Shown in pieces: positions 28,402 through 34,848 of a stretch of 64,000 bases of DNA (the first letter of the stretch is position 1; each line of letters begins with the position of its first letter). The notes beneath the pieces are model-generated. The model was not told the DNA's origin. It worked only from the letters and a program-made list of their open reading frames with translations, and ran no database searches. The stretch is taken from sequence record MZ726793.1. One strand, written 5' to 3'. Source of the DNA: Escherichia phage vB_EcoM_ASO2A. A program made the position numbers and the translations under genes.

Positions 28402-28653
28402 ATGCCGATCACTCCCCATTTGGGGTTCGAAGGATATATGCAAAATAGCTTTTATTTTAGGTGCCGTGCTTGTAATAGGCATTTGACAAACCACTCCAGA
28501 CGTGATAAAAATGGAGTCATCAAGGAATCAGACCTCTGTTCTATTTGCACAGGTTTGGCTTTTGATGATAGTCCCGAAAGGGTTTATCAGCATCAATGTA
28601 TAACAGACGTTCTCGTGTCAAACTTGGTAGAGGACGAACAACTAACAGATTAG
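28402..28653 (+). CDS. Zn-ribbon protein (83 aa)
   Basis: CRAC ... CSIC. Confidence 0.4.
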   Translation: MPITPHLGFEGYMQNSFYFRCRACNRHLTNHSRRDKNGVIKESDLCSICTGLAFDDSPERVYQHQCITDVLVSNLVEDEQLTD

Positions 28654-28661
28654 GAGGAACA

Positions 28662-28910
28662 ATGTCTCTATTAGAAAAACACGTGTTTGAAGATGGTAAC
28701 GGCAATGCAGTTTTTCTTTTCCATCCAGAAAAATACACATCTGAAAACAATGGTACAACTTCTATTGTAATCACTAAAGATGTTAAAGTTATTGATTTCT
28801 TGGCTCTGATGCGAGAGATGGATCTTGAAATTAATACTTTTAACGCAGAAGCTTTGGTTGTTGCTCTTCTGGAAAAGAAAGATAGTGAAGAAGTAGCAGA
28901 ATATGCTTAA
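28662..28910 (+). CDS. hypothetical protein (start at MSLLEK)
   Basis: AGGAGG RBS precedes this internal ATG of the listed ORF. Confidence 0.35.
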   Translation: MSLLEKHVFEDGNGNAVFLFHPEKYTSENNGTTSIVITKDVKVIDFLALMREMDLEINTFNAEALVVALLEKKDSEEVAEYA

Positions 28911-28912
28911 AT

Positions 28913-28950
28913 AACTATTGACAAACGTATCCTTCATATGTTAGGATACG
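28913..28950 (+). promoter_or_regulatory. sigma70-like promoter, conserved AACTATTGACAA element (copy 1)
   Basis: AACTATTGACAA then about 17 nt then TGTTAGGAT; upstream of tRNA cluster. Confidence 0.5.
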
Positions 28951-29156
28951 TTCATCAAGTGTGGTAACAGGGTCGTTGACTTTTGTTAAGAGGGGCTTGC
29001 ACTGCGGTAGTGTTAGAGACTACTTCTTCAGAGGTTAGCTACCAAAGAGGAAAAGGAATAGTCTCGGCTCAAGAACTTTTACGCTGAAAGTTGGGCTTGG
29101 TCTTAGAGAATGTAGCGGTTCTCTACAATCGTCAGCGTCTCTGTTACCACATTTAT

Positions 29157-29231
29157 GGCCCTGTAGCTCAATGGGAGAGCTGTCGGCTCATAACCGATAG
29201 GTAGCTGGATCGAAACCAGCCAGGGCCACCA
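29157..29231 (+). tRNA. tRNA anticodon CAU (Met or Ile2 if lysidine-modified)
   Basis: Manual cloverleaf: acceptor GGCCCTG/CAGGGCC, anticodon loop CTCATAA, T-arm GCTGG-ATCGAAA-CCAGC, encoded CCA. Confidence 0.8.
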
Positions 29232-29233
29232 AC

Positions 29234-29308
29234 GTCTTTATGGTGTAATGGATAGCACAGGAGTCTTCTAAACTCTTAGTCAAGGTTCGATTCCTTGTAA
29301 AGACACCA
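29234..29308 (+). tRNA. tRNA-Arg (UCU)
   Basis: Acceptor GTCTTTA/TAAAGAC, anticodon loop CTTCTAA, T-arm CAAGG-TTCGATT-CCTTG, CCA. Confidence 0.8.
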
Positions 29309-29501
29309 GAACATTTTAACATGAATTAGCTCAAGTGATTTGAACCCACTACTGATCATGGTGGCAGAGAATGAGGCAAGTATGTCAGACATTATAAACA
29401 AAGGCCACGGTTATATTAGAAGACATAAATGCTCGAAGAGCACCGTTCGTGGAGAACGGGGTTGGTGGAGTCACCATTCATGGTAAAATGTTTTAAAAAA
29501 C

Positions 29502-29541
29502 TATTGACAACTAACATTATTTTATGTTAGATTATAAGTAT
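29502..29541 (+). promoter_or_regulatory. sigma70-like promoter, conserved AACTATTGACAA element (copy 2)
   Basis: AACTATTGACAA-N17-TAGATT immediately before tRNA-Ser. Confidence 0.5.
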
Positions 29542-29632
29542 GGAAGGGCAAATCGACGTGGCGACGAAAACGGTCTTGAAAACCGCCGAGCTTGAAAGAG
29601 CCTTGGGAGTTCGACTCTCCCTCCTTCCGCCA
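29542..29632 (+). tRNA. tRNA-Ser (UGA), class II
   Basis: Acceptor GGAAGGG/TCCTTCC, anticodon arm CGGT-CTTGAAA-ACCG, long variable arm, T-arm GGGAG-TTCGACT-CTCCC, G73, CCA. Confidence 0.75.
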
Positions 29633-29637
29633 GATTA

Positions 29638-29723
29638 GGTAGATTGGTGAAATGGTAGCCACGACAGTTTGCTAAACTGTAGTCGGAAACGGCGTGTAGG
29701 TTCGAGTCCTACATCTACCGCCA
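29638..29723 (+). tRNA. tRNA-Ser (GCU), class II
   Basis: Acceptor GGTAGAT/ATCTACC, anticodon arm ACAGT-TTGCTAA-ACTGT, long variable arm, G73, CCA. Confidence 0.8.
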
Positions 29724-29853
29724 AGTTCTTTTTAATATAGCTTACTTTAGCAGAGTAAATCTTCGGCAAGTGGCGGTAACCACTTTACCGATAACTCATA
29801 GTTAGTGGTGTGAACACTGGCTATTTTAAAAAGAATTTAAATATTAGTATTTA

Positions 29854-29941
29854 GGTGAGTTAATTCCGTAGGGGTAGCGGGGCAGACTGTAAATCTGTTA
29901 TCATTGCGATTCGGGTGGTTCGACTCCATCACTCACCACCA
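29854..29941 (+). tRNA. tRNA-Tyr (GUA), class II
   Basis: Acceptor GGTGAGT/ACTCACC, anticodon arm CAGACTGTAAATCTG as in bacterial tRNA-Tyr, long variable arm, A73, CCA. Confidence 0.8.
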
Positions 29942-29946
29942 AATTA

Positions 29947-30032
29947 AGATGAGTTGGCTGAATGGTTTAAGCGGCGGACTGTTAATCCGTGTTCGAAAGA
30001 ACGATATAGGTTCAAATCCTATACTCATCGCC
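29947..30032 (+). tRNA. tRNA-Asn (GUU), atypical with long variable arm
   Basis: Acceptor GATGAGT/ACTCATC, anticodon arm GCGGA-CTGTTAA-TCCGT, extra hairpin GTTC-GAAA-GAAC in variable region, G73, CCA. Confidence 0.6.
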
Positions 30033-30039
30033 AGAATTA

Positions 30040-30116
30040 TGGACTTGTAGAGTTAAGGTAAACCCCCAGTCGCCAAGAGGCTTCTGGAATTGCAGGTATC
30101 GAATCCTGCCGAGTCC
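30040..30116 (+). ncRNA. tRNA-like element without canonical anticodon arm
   Basis: Acceptor GGACTTG/CGAGTCC and T-arm GCAGG-TATCGAAT-CCTGC (8-nt loop); central region folds as a CCAG...CTGG hairpin. Confidence 0.35.
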
Positions 30117-30123
30117 CAGCTTT

Positions 30124-30198
30124 GCTCCTATAGTATAATGGCTATTACAACGGTTTTGTAATCCGTGGATCTCTGTTCGATTCAGAGTGGGAGCACCA
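30124..30198 (+). tRNA. tRNA-Thr (UGU)
   Basis: Acceptor GCTCCTA/TGGGAGC, anticodon loop TTTGTAA, T-arm CTCTG-TTCGATT-CAGAG, CCA. Confidence 0.7.
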
Positions 30199-30471
30199 AC
30201 ACAACATTAAGGGCACTGTGATTGATCGTCGTATCCTGTGCACAAGGTCTGTTCGAAAGACAGTGTTCTTAGTATTGTGTTGATCACACAAAAAGAGTTA
30301 CCTGAAACTTGACCGGAGTAGGGTTGGATGGGGCAAAAGAAGAAGCGGCTCTCCCATCGACAGCAACGAAGAATAATATTTGACTTTGGTTTTGTATTAT
30401 TTTAAGTTAGCTTACCGAACGTAGGGCTAGTCACCCAACGGGATACTCGTCACTGTCCCACTCAATAAAAC

Positions 30472-30512
30472 TATTGACAACCAATAGTAAAATGTAGTAT
30501 AGTAAAGATGTA
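30472..30512 (+). promoter_or_regulatory. sigma70-like promoter, conserved AACTATTGACAA element (copy 3)
   Basis: AACTATTGACAA-N15-17-TAGTAT/TATAGT immediately before tRNA-Gly. Confidence 0.5.
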
Positions 30513-30514
30513 GG

Positions 30515-30588
30515 GCGTTCTTGGTGTAGCGGTAGCATTCCGTCCTTCCAAGTCGGCGGCACGAGTTCGATCCTCGTAGAACGCTCCA
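30515..30588 (+). tRNA. tRNA-Gly (UCC)
   Basis: Acceptor GCGTTCT/AGAACGC, anticodon loop CTTCCAA, T-arm ACGAG-TTCGATC-CTCGT, CCA. Confidence 0.75.
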
Positions 30589-30686
30589 AATTATTTAATA
30601 AAGGGTTGCCAGAAAACTTTCTCTTTTACTCATGGTTTTCTCCTTCTCTCACACCTCTTCTGGTTGCCCTTCATTAAATGATTTAT

Positions 30687-30762
30687 TGGTTTGTAGTGTA
30701 GTCCGGTAGCACACGACACTTTGACTGTCGTAGGTTTGGTTCAAATCCAGACAGACCAGCCA
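30687..30762 (+). tRNA. tRNA-Gln (UUG)
   Basis: Acceptor TGGTTTG/CAGACCA, anticodon arm CGACA-CTTTGAC-TGTCG, T-arm TTTGG-TTCAAAT-CCAGA, CCA. Confidence 0.75.
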
Positions 30763-30855
30763 TATAACAAAGGTGAGTCACTACCTCAAGTGTGAAGTTA
30801 AAAACGAGGAGCCGCCGAACACTTTCTTTTGCGGTGTACCTTTAGAATGTTATGA

Positions 30856-30932
30856 CGGAATTTAGCTCAGTTTGGTAGAGTGTACGCTTTGGGAGCGTAT
30901 TGTCGCAGGTTCGAATCCTGCAATTCCGACCA
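30856..30932 (+). tRNA. tRNA-Pro (UGG)
   Basis: Acceptor CGGAATT/AATTCCG (C1-G72), anticodon arm TACGC-TTTGGGA-GCGTA, T-arm GCAGG-TTCGAAT-CCTGC, CCA. Confidence 0.85.
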
Positions 30933-30938
30933 ATTAAA

Positions 30939-31012
30939 TGTTTCGTAGTTCAATGGTAGAACCCACGACTGATAATCGTGAGATACAAGTTCGATTCTTG
31001 TCGAAACAACCA
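30939..31012 (+). tRNA. tRNA-Ile (GAU)
   Basis: Acceptor TGTTTCG/CGAAACA, anticodon arm CACGA-CTGATAA-TCGTG, T-arm ACAAG-TTCGATT-CTTGT, CCA. Confidence 0.8.
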
Positions 31013-31014
31013 GT

Positions 31015-31084
31015 TTCCCGTTAGACTTACAGGATAAGAGTTCCACAATTTATTGTGACGCTGGTTCGAATCCAGCACGGGATA
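31015..31084 (+). ncRNA. atypical tRNA-like element with shortened anticodon arm
   Basis: Acceptor TTCCCGT/ACGGGAT (1:72 mismatch), D-arm, T-arm GCTGG-TTCGAAT-CCAGC; anticodon region CACAA-TTTA-TTGTG has a 4-6 nt loop; no encoded CCA. Confidence 0.35.
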
Positions 31085-31090
31085 CATAAT

Positions 31091-31169
31091 AGCGGGATAG
31101 AGGAGTCTGGTCGTCCTCGCCAGTTTCATATGCTGGAGATCATTGGTTCAAATCCAATTCCCGCCTCCA
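31091..31169 (+). tRNA. tRNA anticodon CAU (Met), 1:72 unpaired
   Basis: Acceptor AGCGGGA/TCCCGCC with A1xC72 mismatch, D-stem GAGG/CCTC, anticodon loop TTCATAT, T-arm ATTGG-TTCAAAT-CCAAT, CCA. Confidence 0.7.
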
Positions 31170-31284
31170 AATATCGCTTGCCAGCGGTATCTTTGAAGAC
31201 CTTGCCTGGTTCCTTCTAAGATGGAGGGGTGCGACTCCTTAACGCACAATTATAATAAAGCATTTCAAATTAACAGTATTTATT

Positions 31285-31309
31285 AGCCTCCTTATTGGAG
31301 GCTTTTTGC
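31285..31309 (+). terminator. intrinsic terminator after tRNA cluster
   Basis: Hairpin AGCCTCC-TTATT-GGAGGCT followed by TTTTTG. Confidence 0.6.
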
Positions 31310-31318
31310 TATCTATTG

Positions 31319-31355
31319 AATAAAACTTGACTTATTATTTTTTATATGTTAAGAT
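31319..31355 (+). promoter_or_regulatory. sigma70-like promoter
   Basis: CTTGACT then 16-17 nt then ATGTTAAGAT, upstream of the 31377 gene. Confidence 0.4.
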
Positions 31356-31376
31356 AAAGTTTAGGAGGATTTTATT

Positions 31377-31673
31377 ATGCCTAAACTAAAACGTGGTCGT
31401 GGAAGACCAACAGCCGAAATGCAACAGATTTACGCAATGGATGCGGCGCAAGCAAGTGTAAAAGAATTATTTGCAGAGCATTATTTAGAAGCTATGCGGT
31501 ATATTGTTGAACTTGTTAATGATAAGGATGCAGCAAAACCTCTCCGCTTCCAAGCAGCTAAAGCTATTAAAGAGCAAGTAGAAGAATGGTTAGAAGAACA
31601 TTATGAAGCTATGGAAGAAGAAACCCCTGCCGTGCAGAATACAGATGACGTTCCTAAAAAGATCGTAATCTAA
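31377..31673 (+). CDS. AT-hook DNA-binding protein (98 aa), possible small terminase-like
   Basis: N-terminal KRGRGRP AT-hook; positioned upstream of packaging genes. Confidence 0.35.
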   Translation: MPKLKRGRGRPTAEMQQIYAMDAAQASVKELFAEHYLEAMRYIVELVNDKDAAKPLRFQAAKAIKEQVEEWLEEHYEAMEEETPAVQNTDDVPKKIVI

Positions 31674-31722
31674 TCCCTCTCCTCTCTTGGGGCTTTGCCC
31701 CTCCTCCTTGTTATTTTTAACA

Positions 31723-31757
31723 CCCCTCTCCGAAAGGTTAGGGGCTTTTTTATTTTT
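31723..31757 (+). terminator. intrinsic terminator
   Basis: CCCCT...AGGGG stem followed by CTTTTTTATTTTT; a second GGGGC-TTT-GCCCC hairpin lies about 30 nt upstream. Confidence 0.55.
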
Positions 31758-31812
31758 AATGCTTGCAATTATATATCATTTTGTGATAAGATCAGATATG
31801 AGGAGGATAAAA

Positions 31813-31983
31813 TATGCGCAATTTTGTAGTTAAAAATGATTTTAACCGTTCTTCTTATCATAAAGATAAAAAGAATGATTACACACGGGCTTGGAACTTG
31901 GAGGAAGAACTTTATGATGACAGAGAAGACTTGGGAAGAGATCCTAGCGGAGGCTCAACCAATGGAAGTGAAGAAGATAGTTA
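31813..31983 (+). CDS. small ORF with strong RBS (56 aa)
   Basis: GAGGAGGA 7 nt upstream of ATG; manual translation MRNFVVKNDFNRSS...; competes with the overlapping listed ORF 31836..32051. Confidence 0.3.
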
Positions 31984-32034
31984 ACAACGCCCCTTCTCTT
32001 CCTAAAATAAAATTTTATGAGGAAGTAGAAGATA

Positions 32035-32427
32035 ATGAATCTAAAGACTAAAACTGTATTAAGTTTTGTTTTAATTGTTGTTCTTATTCTTGCCGGAATG
32101 TTTGCTTATAACAAGATACGTGAGTCTGGCTACAAAGATGGTGTTGCCTATCAAACGCAAGTATATCAAGCAGCCCAAGCAAAAGCAAAACAAGATTTTG
32201 ATGTTCTTCAAAAAAGAGCAGATGAAGAAAGAGCATTATTAAATACTCAAATAAACAACTTGTCTAAAAACAATGCACAATTAAAAGCAGATTTAGAGAA
32301 GAAGAAACAAACGATCAATGAGGATACAACGAATTATGCAAAAACTAATTCTGGCAGTATGTCTTGCTTTGCCCCTAATGATGACGGGTTGTTCATCATC
32401 AACAAAAGTTTCCCCAGTTCTTATTGA
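32035..32427 (+). CDS. i-spanin (Rz-like)
   Basis: N-terminal transmembrane helix TVLSFVLIVVLILAGMFAY followed by coiled-coil; the next gene is embedded in its 3' end. Confidence 0.5.
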   Translation: MNLKTKTVLSFVLIVVLILAGMFAYNKIRESGYKDGVAYQTQVYQAAQAKAKQDFDVLQKRADEERALLNTQINNLSKNNAQLKADLEKKKQTINEDTTNYAKTNSGSMSCFAPNDDGLFIINKSFPSSY

Positions 32428-32662
32428 TGAGTGTAAGGCTGTAGCCATAGAAAAGGTTAAAGGTCCAGATTCGGACTTGATGGATAAAGTATCGACACCT
32501 GTGCCATACACTAAAAATCAAATTGCAAAAGGGGTTAGTAGATCTGAAGTTGTTAACAACCAAACTCAAAACAATGCTCTTTGGGAGCAAGATAGACGAA
32601 AGGTTCTAGGTTTACAAACATATATTAAAACACTGCAAGAAAAAGGTATTATTGCTGAATAA
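32336..32662 (+). CDS. o-spanin lipoprotein (Rz1-like), overlapping i-spanin in another frame
   Basis: Signal with lipobox-like LMMTGC; start trimmed to the second Met of the listed ORF. Confidence 0.45.
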   Translation: MQKLILAVCLALPLMMTGCSSSTKVSPVLIDECKAVAIEKVKGPDSDLMDKVSTPVPYTKNQIAKGVSRSEVVNNQTQNNALWEQDRRKVLGLQTYIKTLQEKGIIAE

Positions 32663-32671
32663 GGAGGGAAT

Positions 32672-34747
32672 GTGGCAAAGAAAAAGGCAGCAGGTAGTTT
32701 AGCTGGAGTAGATATTGAAGTAAAGGCTCAACCAGGTAAACAGACTCTTGCAATGGATTTAATGCCAGAAGTTATGATTTATGGTGGTGCCGCTGGATGT
32801 GTTTCTGCTGAAACGGAATATCTTACAAAAGATGGTTGGAGGCAGATTAGTGAATATTCGGGAGAGGATATTTACCAATACAATCCTAAGAATAAGCGTT
32901 TAGAATTGGTAACACCTTATTTTGTAGAATATGATTTAAATGGAGATAACCTATACAGAATAACAAATGGTGTAGGATTGTTCCAAGAACTTAGTATGGA
33001 ACACCGTTTTGTATTCTATAAGAAAAAGAAATCAAAGAAACATTTCGAGATTCTTGTAGGAGATCTTATTGCATTACAGCAAATAGGAAAACCCCTGCAA
33101 GGTTATGTAGAAAATCCATTCGGTAAACGTGTTCCTTTTAACATACCTGGTAAAAAGAGCACTTACTTAAAAATACACGAGGTTATTTCAACAGATGATA
33201 AGAAATATTGTTTTGAGACTCCAAGCAGCTATATTGTCTTTAGACGTGGCGATCACTGCTTCGTTACTGGGAATAGCGGCAAGTCTCGTCTGCTATTGCT
33301 GAAAGCTTTAAAATACGCCTACAAAGACCCTTTGTTTGGTGGAATACTTTTCCGTAAGAACACCACTGCTCACCGTAAACCAGGTGGTCTGTTTACAGAA
33401 GCAAAACGTTTGTATCTTCCTTTACAACCGCACGTAAAAGAAAGTACAATGGATATCATTTTTGAAGCCACTGGTGGTGGAACCCTCAAATTTGACCATT
33501 TGGAAAATGATAACGTAACCGCAGAAACAAACCATCAGGGTACACAGTATTCAATGGTAGGTTTTGACGAGTTAACCCACTTCACACAATATGAAATGCT
33601 CTATCTTCTGGGACGTATGCGTTCAGAGTCAGAAACAAGTTTCATGTTGTGCACATGTAACCCTGACGCAGATAGTTGGGTTTTGAATTGGGTGTTACCT
33701 TATCTTGATGAGGGTGGTTATCCTAGAGAAGATATGTGTGGTAAACAAAAATATTTCATCATTGTTAACGATGAACCTGTTTTTGCTGACACACCTGAAG
33801 AACTGAAAGAAAAATATCCAGAAAACTGTTTCATGGAAAACCCTAATACAGGGGAGACAGTTGTTATTGAACCACAAACTTTCGTATTTATTGGTGGGAC
33901 AATATTTGATAACCCAGAACTCATTAGGCTTAACCCTAATTACTTAGCACAGCTTAAATCACAAACAGCGATCAAAAGAGCACAGCTTCTGGACGGTTGT
34001 TGGTTTGCACGTATCCAGAAAGAATCTTTCTTTCAACGTGAATGGTTACATAAAATATCTTATAAAGATGTTCCTAACAATCTTAAACTAATGCGAGCAT
34101 GGGATAAAGCTGTTTCAGTTCCTACAGAAACTTACCGTTATCCAGACTATACAACATCTGTCAAAATGGGTAAAGACCAAGATGGTAATATCTACATCTT
34201 TGGCGACTATGATTATGATGCTGTGGATGAGAAAAGTAAAATTTTCGGAAGGTTTCGAAGACTACCTGGGGAAAGGGATAACCTGATTCTAAATCAATGT
34301 AAGATTGATGGACCAGAAGTTACAGTAGTGCTTCCTAAAGACCCATCTGGTGCTGGGACAATAGAATACACAGAGTCTGCAAAGAAACTTATTCTAGAGG
34401 GTTTTGTTGTTAAACCAGATGCTATGCCAGGTAACAAGAAAAAGCTTCAGCGTTTTATGCCTTTTAGTAGTGCGTGTCAAAACGGCTTTGTTTATATTGT
34501 TGAAGATTCTTTCCCTAATGTTGAAACTTTAACCCACTTTTATAAAGAATTGGAATCTTTCAATGGTGAAAGATCTACAGCCACTATTAAAGATGACATT
34601 CCCGATGCTGCTGCCTCTTGTTTTAATACTCTGTCAAAAGAGAATACTTTCAAAGCAGTAGCTATCCCTACAACAACAAATGCTCCTACAGGATACAGTA
34701 GAATGAACAGCGGATTTCACCAACCGTATAGTGTCCGTAAAAGATAA
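32672..34747 (+). CDS. terminase large subunit with intein insertion (GTG start)
   Basis: Walker A split as GGAAG / SGKS, Walker B MVGFDELTHF, C-terminal nuclease region; 691 aa including a 159-aa insert. Confidence 0.85.
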   Translation: MAKKKAAGSLAGVDIEVKAQPGKQTLAMDLMPEVMIYGGAAGCVSAETEYLTKDGWRQISEYSGEDIYQYNPKNKRLELVTPYFVEYDLNGDNLYRITNGVGLFQELSMEHRFVFYKKKKSKKHFEILVGDLIALQQIGKPLQGYVENPFGKRVPFNIPGKKSTYLKIHEVISTDDKKYCFETPSSYIVFRRGDHCFVTGNSGKSRLLLLKALKYAYKDPLFGGILFRKNTTAHRKPGGLFTEAKRLYLPLQPHVKESTMDIIFEATGGGTLKFDHLENDNVTAETNHQGTQYSMVGFDELTHFTQYEMLYLLGRMRSESETSFMLCTCNPDADSWVLNWVLPYLDEGGYPREDMCGKQKYFIIVNDEPVFADTPEELKEKYPENCFMENPNTGETVVIEPQTFVFIGGTIFDNPELIRLNPNYLAQLKSQTAIKRAQLLDGCWFARIQKESFFQREWLHKISYKDVPNNLKLMRAWDKAVSVPTETYRYPDYTTSVKMGKDQDGNIYIFGDYDYDAVDEKSKIFGRFRRLPGERDNLILNQCKIDGPEVTVVLPKDPSGAGTIEYTESAKKLILEGFVVKPDAMPGNKKKLQRFMPFSSACQNGFVYIVEDSFPNVETLTHFYKELESFNGERSTATIKDDIPDAAASCFNTLSKENTFKAVAIPTTTNAPTGYSRMNSGFHQPYSVRKR
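32798..33274 (+). other. mini-intein in the terminase P-loop
   Basis: Begins CVSAETEYLTKDGW (Cys1), contains SMEH (TxxH-like), ends FVTGN followed by Ser+1; excision would give GGAAGSGKS. Confidence 0.65.
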
Positions 34748-34750
34748 TTG

Positions 34751-34779
34751 TTGACAAAAGTCACTTTAAAGTGTATTAT
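34751..34779 (+). promoter_or_regulatory. sigma70-like promoter upstream of portal gene
   Basis: TTGACA-N17-TATTAT. Confidence 0.5.
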
Positions 34780-34848
34780 AACTAGATAGGTGAGGTTGTA
34801 TATAATACAGCCTTGCCTTAACGATTTTATACCTGACTGGAGGAACAA

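Noticed and set aside
28955-29156. Additional tRNA upstream of the first CAU tRNA
   Set aside because: No cloverleaf, T-loop or acceptor pairing; kept only as a candidate structured RNA.
29157-31169. tRNA cluster as a prophage integration site
   Set aside because: The tRNAs form a phage-internal cluster with their own promoters and terminator; no integrase, attachment repeats or host genes nearby.
31836-32051. Listed 71-aa ORF as a holin
   Set aside because: Its N-terminus is an AT-rich read without a clear RBS; the out-of-frame small ORF at 31813 has a better RBS. Neither has a convincing transmembrane pattern.
32293-32590. Minus-strand ORFs 32293..32511 and 32399..32590 across the spanin region
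   Set aside because: Antisense to the plus-strand late operon; the spanin reading frames explain the sequence better.
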